A DNA stretch of 64,000 nucleotides from Chrysomallon squamiferum (GCA_012295275.1 CM022675.1:11718001-11782000), one strand, 5' to 3'. Positions 18,150 to 35,521 are shown, counted from the first letter of the stretch. Made by a program: numbers and translations. The notes: generated by a model not told the origin, from the sequence alone.

Positions 18150-18355
18150 CATCCCGTCATAGTTCACAGGACACGCCGTTATAGTTCACAGGACATCCAG
18201 TTATAGTTCACAGGACATCCCGTGATTGTTCACAGGACATCCCGTTATAGTTCACAGGACACCGCCTTATAGTTCTCAGGACAGACAGCCCATTGTAGTT
18301 CAGAGGTCATCCTGTTATAGTTCACAGGACATCCTGTTATAGTTCACAGGACATG
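18150..18355. repeat. 22-bp minisatellite (GTTATAGTTCACAGGACATCCC), about 9 degenerate units
   Basis: Head-to-tail direct repeats without unique spacers. Confidence 0.9.
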
Positions 18356-18890
18356 TTATTCTGAATAATACGTCTGTACAAAGCTATGTGTGATTAAACA
18401 GCCAAAAACGAGCAAGTACAAAAAAGTTACTCTAAAAAGGTCAAATGGTTCGATACACACTGTAATATACATTACAATGGTCCACTTTAAGTCAACTAGA
18501 ATAACTAGACGTAAAATTAGATTTTTTAATTGTTTTTAATTTTAATTTTTTTTAAATTACTTTTTTGTATTTTATTATTTTTATTTTCAAAACACATAGA
18601 ATCATGCATAAGCATCATAGGTATATTTATACATACATACGCACATAAAGACAAACGCATATAAACATACATACAGAGACGCAGGCAATTATAATTTAAA
18701 ATAGTATTTATTTGCTAATATCATAGAAGTTTACAACTTAAATAAATAAAAGATACAAAAATGAATTGGACGAAAGCACATTATAATGGTCAGCTTTAAA
18801 CCAGTTCGAATACATAGAGATAACATTTTAAAAACTAAAGAGAAAAATACTACTACTACTACTAATACTAAAACAACAACAACAACAACA

Positions 18891-18924
<34 letters not shown>

Positions 18925-20354
18925 ATAATAAACAATTCAAGAGCAATTTCGTTTTTTAAATCTTAATACATACAGACATGCATAAATACCTTATATATCT
19001 ATATACATTCATACAACCATACACATAAAAATACACACACATACACACATACATACATACATACATAATAGAGACAGAGGATTATAATTTAAAATAGTAT
19101 ATATTTGTTAAAATTATAGAATATTACAGAACTTAAATTAATAAAACTTCATTATAACGTAGTGAAAGAAATATTTTATGTTCGTGCATATTATCTTTTC
19201 ATTTATTTTTCCCTTTCTTTTTTTCACGACATCGAAACCGCTGTAAATAATTAACAGTAGACACAGGGTCACATATACCCCTCCCACTTATTTTATTACT
19301 GCTTCTAGCTTTGGTCTCCTTTTATGATAAAACTAAGAGTGTGAAGATTTGGGTAAACCCCCTTTATCACATAAATGATACGATCTAGACTGATCTGATT
19401 ACATTGTGTATCGCCATATTGACAGCTTTTCGTTCACCTGTACAACTGGGAACACTCCTCTCCTTTAGGTAAGTAACATATAATTATTATTATTACAGTA
19501 AAGACAAAATAACTATACCAGAGTTTGTCACCCAGTGAGACAGTAATTTTGTTGACAGAACAAAAACTGTGACGTTTATACTCAGTGTCCTACTTTATTA
19601 TTTTACTGATAGTTGTAAAACTAGCAACAAGTTTCGATATCAGTTATTCATTCATTTATTGTTGTTGTTGTTGTTGTTGTTATTATTGCTGTTGTTGTTG
19701 TTATTATTATTATTATTATTGTTGTTGTTGTTGTTATTGTTGTTGTTACTGTTATTGTTGTTATTTTAATTTAAAAAATATACGACTTATCTTCTCTCTG
19801 ACTTGCTGTCTATCTCCGTTTCGATATCCTTGTGCAGATTGGGAATATTTTCACAGCCGTGTCATACTGTACTGGTATATCATAGCTCTCAAGCAAAACA
19901 TTTTTCCTGAACATTTTTGTCATATATATATTTTTTGTTTTCCGTTAAGTCTCTGCGATTGTAAATATGTATCTAACCAAGCATGTTCATACTTGTGTAT
20001 ACATGTAAGTAATAATGTACGTGCTTGCGACTGGGTTTATGTATGTATGTATGTATATATCCAGAGATGGATTAATAGATGCATAGCCAGGCAGACATTT
20101 TTATAGACAGAAAAGTGGATAGATAATTATATATGTATATACAGAAAGATAGATAGATATATAATTACACACATACATACGTACAAATATACATATATTC
20201 ATCCGTAAATCCATCCATACATAGACTTTTACATACATACGTACACATATAGATAAGTAGTTAGGCAGATAGAAAGACAGACACAAAGGTTTTATGGTTC
20301 TTTATTACGATTCTTCTGAAGATAATTTTATTTTATTTATCAGGAAACAGAACA

Positions 20355-20790
20355 ATGACGGTCTACATCTGGAATCGAACAAATATTCACCACGGACATG
20401 CATCACTTAAGCTGTCTAATGGTACATATATCAGCGCTTGGGAGCGTGACATCATAAAAAATAAAAATACGAGAATACTAAACAGGTGTGGAGAATCGGG
20501 AAGTCTTGAATTTGACAAAAAAAATCCTGTTAGACGATCCTCATGACGTCATCAACATTGATGATCTCAAATTGAAGGAAGGAGAGATAGAAAAATGGTG
20601 GGAAAAGTGGAAAGAAACAGCGTTCGTCAGTTCCGACAATTGTAACAGTTTCTATACTGTTTACCAGGCTCTGCGAGCAGGGGGAGCTTCCATTAGTTTC
20701 AGTCCTCTCTGGACAGCTGGAATCCTCTACCGATATCTACAGAGAGTCAAACACGGAATCTGGGGACTTGTGACTTCTTTTTTTCATTGA
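20355..20790 (+). pseudogene. Family copy A2, Ser-type, +1 frameshift in an A-run (pseudogene or sequencing error)
   Basis: 436 nt versus 435 nt in the intact copies. The A8 run at 20517-20524 has one more A than needed for the 144-aa frame. Its promoter copy (about 19225-19475) has a mutated ISRE and no kB site. Confidence 0.7.
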
Positions 20791-22013
20791 GTTGTTCCGT
20801 GCTCGCTTCACTTCCTGATGTCATAGCGGTGTGACAACAAACGAAAACATTTTAACAATTTGAAAAAAAAGAAAAAAGAAATCAACAATCTACATAAATG
20901 TTACAAATAACGTTGACAAAATGTATTAAATTTACTTCGAAATTTTTATTGCTTTTCTGGTTATTTTCTGGTGGATTTTCCCCCGTATCATTTTCTTTTG
21001 ATATCTTACGAATTTACTGTTTATGTTTTCTTTGCCTATCGATCTATTCTGACTGTCAGTAGGAAATAACAATTTGATATTCTATATTCTACATATAATT
21101 ATAATTATCAGACTTCTGGTGAAAGAAACATAGCACTGTTTGTTATTACTATCAGTTTCAATTTGTTTTGTATATATATATTTTTTTATCTACGAAGTGC
21201 GATCACATGAGTGTTGTACGTTCGAGTCTCGTCAGCGCCACCTGGCGTTTGTGAGGTATATGGTATTGTATATGGTATTGGCGAAGAATTATTTTATTTA
21301 TTTATTTATTTATTTATTTGTTTCTTTTATATATATTTTTTTCCAATGAAGTTCACGTGACTAACAGTGATCATACTTTTCTTCAGACTGGTAACATGTA
21401 TCACTGAGTATGACGTCAGTGATAAACATGACATAAAGGTGAAAGGTCATATCGTAACATTTTCTGTTTACACAGTGTGTACAGGAAATCGAAACAGAAA
21501 TTACTTATACCCCGAGATAATTCCTTATCAATCGTGCAATTAAAATAAATAAATAAATAAATATACTAGTTTTAAAACGATCATTTCATCACGGGTTGAC
21601 TAAAAAAAAAAAAAAAAAAAAACATCCTTTGAATTATTTGATATTACACCAAGTCAGTTATTTTTAGAGCTGACTTTCTCGCTTACTGCTAAGTGGGACG
21701 TTGAAAAAAATCTTTACAGACTATTCTCTTTCATTACCCTTTCCTTAGTAAATACACTAATTTTTATCACATAATTTGTATACCTCTGGTTATGGATTAC
21801 TTTAATAATGTGTATATGTGGATTTATAAACAAACAAATCCCATTCATTTCTCAATTAAGTTTCAGAGAAAAGTTTATAACATCAGCTGTAGTAGTACTA
21901 GTAGTGGTAGTAGTAGTAGTAATAATAATAATAATAGTCATATTGATGATAATGATGGTGATGATGATGAAATATCACCATCGTCGTCATCACCATCACC
22001 ATCATTATCATCA

Positions 22014-22428
22014 GTTATAGTTCACAGGACACCCTGTTATAGTTCACAGGACTTCCCGTTATAGTTCACAGGACATCCCTTTATAGTTCACAGGACTTCC
22101 CGTTATAGTTCACAGGACATCCCGTTATAGTTCACAGGACTTCCCGTTATAGTTCACAGGACATCCCGTTATAGTTCACAGGACAACCCGTTATAGTTCA
22201 CAGGACTTCCCGTTATAGTTCACAGGACAACCCGTTATAGATCATAGGACTTCCCGTTATAGTTCACAGGACAACCCGTTATAGTTCACAGGACTTCCCG
22301 TTATAGTTCACAGGACAACCCGTTATAGTTCACAGGACTTCCCGTTATAGTTCACAGGACATACCGTTATAGTTCACAGGACATACCGTTATAGTTCACA
22401 GGACATACCGTTATAGTTCACAGGACAT
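22014..22428. repeat. 22-bp minisatellite, about 19 units
   Basis: GTTATAGTTCACAGGAC(ATCCC/TTCCC/AACCC/ATACC) repeated head to tail. Confidence 0.95.
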
Positions 22429-22930
22429 TTTATTCTGTATAATACGTCTGTACAAAGCTATGTGTAATTAAACAATCAAAAGCGACCAAGTTAACCAAAG
22501 TTACTTTAAAAAGTCAAAAGTCAAACATACATTACAATGGTCTACTTTAAGTCATCTCGAATAACTAGACGTAAAATTAGATTTTCAATTTTTCGATTTA
22601 ATTTTTTCTAATTTATTTTATAATTTTTATTTTTATTTTCAAAATATATAGAAACATGCATAAGCATCATAGGTATATCTATACATACATACCTACATGA
22701 ATACAAACACACATACACACATAAAGACAAACACATATATAAATAATACAGAGCTACAGAAAGTCAGGCAATTATAATTTAAAATAGTATTTATTTGCTA
22801 ATATCATAGAAGTTTACAACTTAAATAAATAAAAGATATAAAAATGAATTGGACGAAAGCACATTATAATGGTCAGCTTTATGTCAGTTCGAATACATAG
22901 AGATGAAATTTTAAAAAGTAAAGAGAAAAA

Positions 22931-22980
<50 letters not shown>

Positions 22981-23755
22981 ATAATAATAATAATATTAAT
23001 AATAATAAAAACTAACAATTCAAGAGCAAGTGCGTTTTTTAATTCTTAAATACATACACACATGTATAAATATCTTATATATCTATATACATGCATATAC
23101 ACATACACATCCACACACATACATACATACATACACAGAGGCAGCCAATTAATATTTAAAAGAGTATATATTTGTTATTATAATAGAATATTACAGAACT
23201 TAAATAAATAAAACTTCATAGTAACGTACTGAAAGAAATATTTTATCTATGTATTTATTATCTATTCATTTCTGTTTCCTTTCTTTTTCTTTTTTTTTTC
23301 ACGAAATCGAAACCAGGACGAAGCCATTGTAAATAATCAAAAGTAGACACAGGCTAACGCGACCTCCTATTTTTAACAAACAGAGGTAGCAGGGGTCACA
23401 TATACCCCTCCCACTTGTTTTATTACGACTTTTAGACTTGTTGTCGTGTTGTCGTGTTTATATTTTTATCTATACAAAACGCTCTTTGACTGTGATAAAT
23501 GGAACGTCCCAGTGTTGTTGTTGTTTTATTACTTTTTGAGTAGTCGCCATATTGACAGTTTTTCTTTCACCTGAAAGACTGAGAACATATAATTATTATT
23601 ATTATTGTTAATACATAATAAAACATTAGTTTTCTCGTTTTTCTAGCAGCGTTATTGAGCGAATAATGTGTTCGTAAATCAGAGTCTGTAAAGGTTGTTT
23701 TGAACGGCACACTTTATTGTTCATACATTAGTTTTGTACATTCGTTACAAATGAC

Positions 23756-23802
<47 letters not shown>

Positions 23803-23983
23803 GAATTATTTGTTTATTTAGTAGAGATTTTTCAAAGAGATGTCTTAATGCTTTCATGATCAATAGAATCAGTTTACGAGCTTATGGATATGCAGAGGGA
23901 TAGGCCGATAGTTACATACTTATGGGCATACTTACATATACACACACACACACATACACCCACCCACACACACACACACACAT

Positions 23984-24024
<41 letters not shown>

Positions 24025-24290
24025 TATATATATATAGATTCATACATAGACATATAAATATATACACACATAAATCCATAACTACATACACAGACACACA
24101 TACATACATTCATAAATACATACATATATACATACATACATACACACATACATACATACATATACACAAACATTCAGATACATATATAGGTAGGTTGAAA
24201 TACAGACAGAGAGAAAGGTGCATAGTTCTTTTTTATGATACTGCTGAAGATAATATTGTGTTTTTACATTATTTATCAGGTAACAGAACA

Positions 24291-24374
24291 GTGAGTGTTT
24301 ACATCTGGAATCCAACAAATATGCACCAAGGACTTGCAGCACGTGAGCTGTCTACATATATCAGCTTCTGGGAG
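24291..24374 (+). pseudogene. Family copy A3, truncated 5' fragment
   Basis: Reads VSVYIWNPTNMHQGLAARELSTYISFWE. ATG is changed to GTG, catalytic His to Leu, two codons are missing, and the sequence then joins directly to downstream intergenic sequence. Confidence 0.8.
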
Positions 24375-24826
24375 GTAAAAGTAAATAAATCGAAACAGAA
24401 GTTAATCGTACCCCGAGATATTTCCTTATTCGTATTTTAATTAAAATAAATAAATGAATAAATAAATAAATAAATAAATAAATAAAATAGTTTTAAAACG
24501 GTCGTTTCATTACGGTTTGATAAAAAAGAAAAACAATTAACAAAAAAAAAAAAAACAGACAAAAACAACAACAATAAAACTTGTGTATTGTTTGGTATTA
24601 CACCAAGTCAGTCCCTTTCTATAAACCTGCTAAGTGGGACGTTGAAAATAATCTTTTTCATTACCTTTTCCTTAGTAAATACACTGATTTAAAGAAAATA
24701 TAGTTTGTATAGATTACTTTAATAAGGTATATAAGTGGATTTATATTAAAAAAAAAAAAAAAAAAAAAACACTCGTTCATTTCTTAATTAAGTTTCTGAG
24801 AAAAGTTTATATTATCAGTAGTAGTT

Positions 24827-24888
<62 letters not shown>

Positions 24889-25302
24889 GATGATGATGAT
24901 GATGATGATGATATTTCATTTACTTCTTTGGAAATTTTTCTTTACTAAAGTGTAACAGATTGTAACGTACTTACATTTCACATCACGTAACGAGATACAA
25001 GTACAAATTCAGTTAGATCTTTCTTATTTTTTATTTGCTTTTATTAAACATACAACAACTTCCACTCACACAGATGGATAGATAGATAGAGATAGACATA
25101 AAGTCATTATTTTATTTTTTGTTTCTTTGTATATATATATATATATTTTTTTTTTTACATTAGTTCAGTGTATGAATCAGTGCATTTTGTCATAATGTGT
25201 AGCAGTTTTGTGTTTAATTCTACAGCTGATGACGAAAAAATGTGTTTATCCCTATTACTATAGAGAAATCCAAGCCTGCATACAACTGACGTGGGTGTTG
25301 AG

Positions 25303-25851
25303 TTAACGAGTCATCTGTCTGAGATAGTTGTAAAGCTTGCCTGGCATCCATACTTCGGTTTCGGTAGAACTCTTAGGAGCACCACCAGCTCTCAAAGCAG
25401 TATAAACTACCCAGCAACAGTTTGTTTCAAACAAAGAATAGAAACCTCTCATCCGCCAGCCAATCCACCATTCTTCAATCTTCTCTTCATCCAGCTTCAG
25501 GTCATCCAAGTCTACTGTCTTGTCAGGGTTTCCGCCTTCCGCGTCTTTGTCATCTTCGAGAGATTCTTGTGCATAACCGCGTCGAGTTTCGCTGACTGTT
25601 TTCTTTCCAGCTGCTTTCCCACCCATCTTTCCCAATGCGCTTCCAAATTTCACCCCGGCTTCCTTTCCCATTTGTTTTCCAGTTTCCTTCCCTAATCTCG
25701 TTCTCGTTTTCTTCCCAGTTTCGTCACTTTCGTCATTGTCGGGGACAGAACCATCGTCCTGCGGCCACCAGCTTATGTACGTTCCATTGGAGAGCTGGAG
25801 AGAAGCATGGCCAACTCTTTGAAACGATGGATACCAAATAAAAACTCTCAT
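25303..25851 (-). CDS. Permuted papain-like (RID/IcsB-like) family, copy B2, Cys-type with Gly/Lys-periodic insert, 182 aa
   Basis: ATG at 25851 follows acceptor tttacag|ataaaaca. Motifs GHASL, YISWWP, ESLEDD..AEG, YSLFETNCC, ALRAGG. It lacks the hydrophobic C-terminal tail. Confidence 0.87.
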   Translation of the reverse strand: MRVFIWYPSFQRVGHASLQLSNGTYISWWPQDDGSVPDNDESDETGKKTRTRLGKETGKQMGKEAGVKFGSALGKMGGKAAGKKTVSETRRGYAQESLEDDKDAEGGNPDKTVDLDDLKLDEEKIEEWWIGWRMRGFYSLFETNCCWVVYTALRAGGAPKSSTETEVWMPGKLYNYLRQMTR

Positions 25852-26106
25852 TGTTTTATCTGTAAAATAAACACACAAAAACAACACACAAAATTAAAGA
25901 AGTGCGAAATATATTTTGGAGTTTTTAAATTTTTTTATTTGTGTGTGTTGAGTTGTTGTTGTTGTGTTGAGTTGTTGTTGTGGTGTTGGTGGTGCTTTTG
26001 GGTGTGTGTGTTTGTCTTTCCTGTCTTATTTATTATTTTGCAGCATAATGAACATAATTAATAATGCACAGGTTTAATCGCACACAGTTCGACAGATGAA
26101 TGCAGC

Positions 26107-28170
<2,064 letters not shown>

Positions 28171-29625
28171 AATTGAAATTAAAAATAAATAAATAATAAT
28201 TAAAAAAAAAAAGCCATATCCACTTTTTTAACTTTTACCTATTTTTAAATCTGTTAGCGCCTTTGTTTTCCCTTTTCTTTTGATATCTGACGATTATACT
28301 GATATGTTTTCTTTATATTTTGATCTATACTGGCTGTTATAGCTCGATATAATCATATATAATAAATAAAATATATTTAGAAGATGCTTTAAGTTCTGAT
28401 TTTTTTTATATACCTTGTAAAAACCGCATTAATTTATGTGATTTCACATGAAATTAATTGTAAGTTTCAGATTTCTCTATAAAATTAATAAAATAGTTTT
28501 CTGATGAAAGAAACATAGCACTATTTGTTATTAATACCAGTTTTGAAGTACAATATTAATTTTATATTTGTAGAAATAAAACTCACATACACACACACAT
28601 CTATATCAATCAATGAATCAGTCTATCTATCTACTATCTATCTATCTCTCTCTTTATCTACCTATCTATCTATCTATCTATCTAGATATATAAATACTTC
28701 ATAAATATATATTCTATTTTCTGAATAATACAATAAACAGAAATAGATTATCGTTAACAAAACTCTTTTGAATTTACAATCTTCCTAACTGTGTAATACT
28801 AACAGTGTCATAGCCTCACGAAAACTAAATTTTTATTTCCATTTCATTGATCAAAAATGATTTTACCTTTTCTTAAATGTATCCAGAGAAAGGTTTTTTA
28901 TCACAGACTCTTCTTTCAAACAAATATTTTACCGAAACGTTCACAATCTTAACAGAAACGTAACGAGCTTAGACAATAAAAACACAATTTCAAGCAGGCA
29001 ATATGTCGTTTACAGGAAAACGAAACAAGGAACCTTGGAGTTCGTATCTATGTAAATAAACGCTTCAGTTGAGAAGGCAAAATAATATATCTCTTCAACA
29101 TACACATTAAAATATGAGAAAAAACAATTATTTGACTAATTTTAGAGTGGAGTGTGGCAAATAAGAGACATGTGTAATATTATAGACCGGCAGACAAAGA
29201 TCATGTTTGTACTTAACCTAGTTCTAGTGTTGACAACTGATGTTTAGGACATACATGTACTGAAACTGCCGGGTGACATATTCCCTTGAATTCTGACAGC
29301 TGTTCTTTTCTTCTCTTCTGTCTCTGTTTCTGCAATCATCTACCATTCATGTATGTATGTCTTCTATCTGTCTCTCTGCCTTTGAGCGTGTACACACTGT
29401 GTAAACAGAAAATGTTACGATATGACCTTTCACCTTTATGTCATGTTTATCAGTGGGGAATGCGATCACAAGCTGACGTCATCACTAGTGATACATGTTA
29501 CCAATCTGGGAGATAAAAGATACGATCACTATTAGTCGCGTGAACTTCACTGGGAAAAAACCCCCACAAAAAACAAAACAAAAAACCCCATAAAAAACAC
29601 TAAACAAACAAAACAAAGACAAACA

Positions 29626-29676
<51 letters not shown>

Positions 29677-30116
29677 TAATAAATAAATAAATATGGTTAT
29701 AAAATCATTCTTCGCGTGTACTGTGAACATACATACACACCTATGTATCTGTTAATATATGTATGCAGGTCTTAGTCTGTTTGTCTGTCTATCTGTTTCT
29801 CTGTCTGTCTGTCTGTATGTATGTATGTATTTACGTATGATATATTTTCTGTATTACATTCCTCTACTGAGACTTCACACAGATAATACAGGAAGGAACG
29901 TACTGGAACAGGAGGACAAGCTCCAGTCACGACAGTACAAACGACAATATGAATGCATGGATGAATTTTTGTATGTATGGCTGTTTGTATTTATGTACGT
30001 ATTTGCATAATGATAGATATAGATGTGTGTGCATGTGTGTGTGTGTGTGTATTTATGAAGTATTTATAAATCTAAATAGATAGATAGATACAAACATACA
30101 TACATATATACAAATC

Positions 30117-30190
<74 letters not shown>

Positions 30191-30899
30191 CTTTATTTCC
30201 ACAAATATAAAATTAATATTGTAATTTCAAAACTGGTATTAATAGCAAACAGTTCTATGTTTCTTTCACCAGAAAACTATTTTATTAATGTGAAATCACA
30301 AAATTTTTAATCACTTTTAATTTTTTTAAATTTTTATTTCTCAATATTAACAGTACATCTATTCACAGGAAGATCTGTTATTGTTATGAGGTCTATAGAA
30401 AAATTAGAAATTAACGATATAAAGCAACTCCTAATTATTATTAAAATATATTCAAAAAAAAAAAAAAAATGTGTAACTTTCGAATAGGATAATGTTATAT
30501 AATCTAAAACATTGATATAAAATCTCTATTCACCTGTCAGTTCAGAAAAATATTTAATTTATTTCTTCACTTAATTACAAAAATAATCTTAGAATGTACG
30601 GTTTAATTTCATTTCTTCACATTATTAAAAAAATAATAATAATAAAAAATCTTCGAATATGCTGTTTTATACTGACCACATATTTAAAAAGGATTCAGTC
30701 AAATAAAATATCAAACTGTTATTTCCTACTGACAGTATAGAAAATTTTCCAAATCAAAATAACAAATTTTAATCACAGATAATTGGTAAGATTTATGTAG
30801 ATCGTTGATTATTATTTTTGTTTTGATCGTTGATTATTAATTGTTTAGTTTGTTGTCACACAGCTATGACGTGGTGAAGTGAAGCGAGCACGGAACAAC

Positions 30900-31334
30900 T
30901 CAACCAAAAAACGAAGTCACAAGTCCCCAGAAGCCCAGTTTGACTCTCTGTAGATATCGGTAGAGGATTCCAGCTGTCCAGAGAGGATTGATACTCCTGG
31001 AAGCTCCTCCTGCTCGCAGAGCTCGGTAAACAGCCCAGAAACTGTTGTAATAGTAGAATCCGAACGTTCCCGTTTCCTTCCATTGATTCCACCATGTTTC
31101 CATCTTTTCTTCATCCAGTGAGAGATCGCCAACACTGATGATGTATTGAGGATCTTGTCCGAGCTTTTTCCTGTCAAATTTAAGACTTCCCGATTCTCCA
31201 CACGCGTTTAGTATTATTGTGTTTTTATTTTCCATGACGTCACGATCCCAGAAGCTGATGTAAGCACCACTAGACAGCTCAAGTGATGCATGTCCTCGGT
31301 GATTATTATTTGGATACCAGATGTAGACCCTCAT
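30900..31334 (-). CDS. Family copy A4, Ser-type, 144 aa
   Basis: Intact ORF with GHASL and YYYNSF and an acceptor 11 nt before the ATG. Non-coding exon donor at about 32491, GGGAAATCCC at 32567-32576 and GGTTTCGATTTCC at 32800-32812. Confidence 0.85.
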   Translation of the reverse strand: MRVYIWYPNNNHRGHASLELSSGAYISFWDRDVMENKNTIILNACGESGSLKFDRKKLGQDPQYIISVGDLSLDEEKMETWWNQWKETGTFGFYYYNSFWAVYRALRAGGASRSINPLWTAGILYRYLQRVKLGFWGLVTSFFG

Positions 31335-31404
31335 TGTTCTCGAACCTGATAAATAATGTAAAATAGAAAATTATCTTCAGCAAAATCGTGATAACGAACC
31401 GTAT

Positions 31405-31547
<143 letters not shown>

Positions 31548-32185
31548 TTTTTCTCTCTCTCTCTCTCTATATATATATACACACACAGACACACACACAG
31601 AGACACACACACACTCATATTTATTTATATATATCTTGGCTGGCTCTTTCTCTGTCAATAAATCTTACATACGTTATACGTGGCTATATACCCATTATAT
31701 ATACAAACATACGCTGAAGTAAAATCGCTTCTATTTTGGACAGTAGCGTTCATAAAAATGCTTTCAGATTGTTTTGTCATATGTATATGTGTGTGTGTAT
31801 CTGTTTTTGTTGGCAAGGAGTGTTATATAATTACTATATGACACGTCTCTGACAATTTGCCTCACCTACAATTGTGTTTAAGTGTGTTTGTACTACACAA
31901 GGAAATCAAAACAAGATACCCAGAATGTTTCGATTTTCTTATTCAGAATAAATAAATAAAAATAAATAAATATTTCTGTAAAATAATAAACGTACATTTG
32001 TCATGATAAACGTCTCTATTACTTCAGTCTTCTGATTTTATAAGAAAAATTTCAGAAAACTTATTATCCGAGAATTGTCTTTATTTTCCGTTTAAAATAT
32101 TTATTAACGTACATAGGATTACCGAGCAAGAAAGACAGAGATAAGATAAATCGTATATTTTTTTAATAATAATAATAATAATAAT

Positions 32186-32281
<96 letters not shown>

Positions 32282-32865
32282 CGCCACTGCCACCTGGTTT
32301 TAAAACTATTATTTGTAATACATGGACAAAATAATGAACAATTAAGTGTGTCATTGAAAATAACCTTCACAGACTTTGCTTTACGAACACGTAACTCGCT
32401 CGCTCGCTTACTAACGTTGCTAGGAAAACGAGAAAACTGACGTTTTATTTTGTGTTAACTATAATAATAATAATAAGTATACGTTACTTACCTAAATAAA
32501 GGAGAGGAGTGTTCCCTGTCTTACAAGTGAATGAAAAACTGTAATTATGGCGACCACACAAAATATGGGAAATCCCTGGAACGTACCATTTGCTTGAAAA
32601 AGTGGGGTTAACTCAAATCTTCGCAGTCACAGTTTTTTATGCAGATAAAAATATAAACACGACAAAACGACAACAAGGCTAAAAGTAGTAATAAAATAAG
32701 TGGGAGGGGTATATGTGACCCCTGCTACCTCTGTTTGTTAAAAATAGGAGGTCGAGTTAGCCTGTGTCTACTTTTGATTATTTACAATGGCTTCGTCCTG
32801 GTTTCGATTTCCGTGAGTTTCTATTTATTCAAGAATTAAAAACGCTATTTTTTATTATTATTGTC

Positions 32866-32909
<44 letters not shown>

Positions 32910-33073
32910 TATTATTATTATTATCATTATTATTTTTTATTATTATTATTATTTTTTTTTTTTGGTGGGGGTCTGACTTTAAGTTATTTATTATACTGTA
33001 CATTACAGTGTGTTTTGGTCCTTCTGACTTTTATAGCTTTTATTTATTTAAGTTGTAAACTTCTATGATATGT

Positions 33074-33107
<34 letters not shown>

Positions 33108-34020
33108 CTGTGTGTGTATGGATGCAGGTATATTTCTGAAGATATTTATGTTGTGCTTGTGCATGTTTGTATGTATTTAAAAAATACTTGCCGATTAATT
33201 TTTATTTTTTTTTTCTGGAAGTCAGTGCAAAAAAATTTGAAGAGATCAATGCTTTCCATCATAATATTCACAAAAAATCTAAAAAAAATGTAACATATTT
33301 TAATTCGTGTGGATCGAATTACATTCACCTATTCTGAAGTGTGAGAAATATAAGTTACCTCCCTTAATAAATTATTTATAGGAAATAAAAAATAAATAAA
33401 TAAATAAATAAAAATAAAAAAAGAAAGAAAGCAGGATATTAACAATAAAATAGAAAAACAGTTCATGAACTAAAAATAACTAATATCTGTATTTTAATGT
33501 TGTTATTTGGCATTTGTTTCAGTGCTAAAGTTAACTTATGCATGTAGGCAATATTTATTATTGTTACTGTGCGTAGTTGATCAGCTTCCAAGGATTCAGT
33601 CTTTGTTGGAACAGAATACTTCGTTGACACATCGAATGCTTTTTCTCCGACTCTCTGCTTTGATATGCTTTACTGATATGTTTTCTTTATATTTTGATCT
33701 ATACTGGCTGTTATAGCTTGATATAATCATATACAATAAATAAAATATATTTAGCAGATGCTTTAAGTTCTGATTTTTTTATATACCTTGTAAAAACCCC
33801 ATTAATTTATGTGATTTCACATGAAATTAATTATGTTTCAGATTTCTCTATAAAATTCATAAAATAGTTTTCTGATGAAAGAAACATAGCACTGTTTGTT
33901 ATTAACACCAGTTTTGAAATACAATATTAATTTTATATTTGTAGAAATAAAACTCACATACACACACACATCTATATCAATCAATCAATCTATCTATCTA
34001 CTATCTATCTATCTCTCTCT

Positions 34021-34083
<63 letters not shown>

Positions 34084-35030
34084 GATATCTAGATATATAA
34101 ATACTTCATAAATATATATTCTATTTTCAGAATAATACAATAAACAGAACTAGATTATAGATAACAAAACACTTTCGAATTTACAATCTTCCTAACACTG
34201 TCATAGCCTCACAAAAACTAAATTTTCATTTCCATTTCATTTATCAAAAATGATTTTACCTTTTTTTTTTAAATGTATCCAGAGAAAGGTTTTTCATCAC
34301 AGACTCTTCTTTCAAACAAATATTTTACCGAAACGTTCACAATCTTAACAGAAACGTAATGAGCTTAGAGTATAAAAACACAATTTCAAGCAGGCAATAT
34401 GGCGTCTGCAGGAAAAAGAAACAAGGAAACAAAAACCTTGGAGTTCGTATCTATGTAAATAAACGCTTCAGTTGAGAAAGGCAAAATAATATATCTCTTT
34501 CCCATACACATTAAAATATGAGAAAAAAAAAATTATTTGACTAATTTTTAGAGTGGATTGTGGCAAATAAGAGACATGTGTAATATTATAGACCGGCAGA
34601 CAAAGATCATGTTTGTGCTTAACCTCGTTTTAGTGTTGACAACTGATGTTTAGGACATACATGTACTGAAACTGCCGGGTGACATATTCCCTTGAATTCT
34701 GACAGCTGTTTATTTTTCTCTTGTGTCTCTGTTTCTGCAATCATCTACCATTCATGTATGTATGTCTTCTATCTGTCTCTCTGCCTTTGAGCGTGTACAC
34801 ACTGTGTAAACAGAAAATGTTACGATATGACCTCTCACCTTTATGTCATGTTTATCAGTGGGGAATGCGATCACAAGCTGACGTCATCACTAGTGATACA
34901 TGTTACCAATCTGGTAGATAAAAGATACGATCACTATTAGTCGCGTGAACTTCACTGGGAAAAAAACCCCACAAAAAACAAAACAAAAAACCCCATAAAA
35001 AACACTAAACAAACAAAACAAAGACAAACA

Positions 35031-35081
<51 letters not shown>

Positions 35082-35521
35082 TAATAAATAAATAAATATG
35101 GTTATAAAATCATTCTTCGCGTGTACTGTGAACATACATACACACCTATGTATCTGTTAATATATGTATGCAGGTCTTAGTCTGTTTGTCTGTCTATCTG
35201 TTTCTCTGTCTGTCTGTCTGTATGTATGTATGTATTTACGTATGATATATTTTCTGTATTACATTCCTCTACTGAGACTTCACACAGATAATACAGGAAG
35301 GAACGTACTGGAACAGGAGGACAAGCTCCAGTCACGACAGTACAAACGACAATATGAATGCATGGATGAATTTTTGTATGTATGGCTGTTTGTATTTATG
35401 TACGTATTTGCATAATGATAGATATAGATGTGTGTGCATGTGTGTGTGTGTGTGTATTTATGAAGTATTTATAAATCTAAATAGATAGATAGATACAAAC
35501 ATACATACATATATACAAATC

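Noticed and set aside
20635-20650. NC dipeptide in A2 (DNCNSF) as a restored catalytic Cys
   Set aside because: It aligns to YYYNSF, two residues before the nucleophile position, which is still Ser.
22014-22428. CRISPR-like appearance of the 22-bp array (also the 34-bp array at 53331)
   Set aside because: The units are contiguous with no unique spacers, there are no cas genes, and the context is eukaryotic. These are minisatellites.
25291-25695. 134-aa plus-strand ORF
   Set aside because: It is the antisense shadow of B2.
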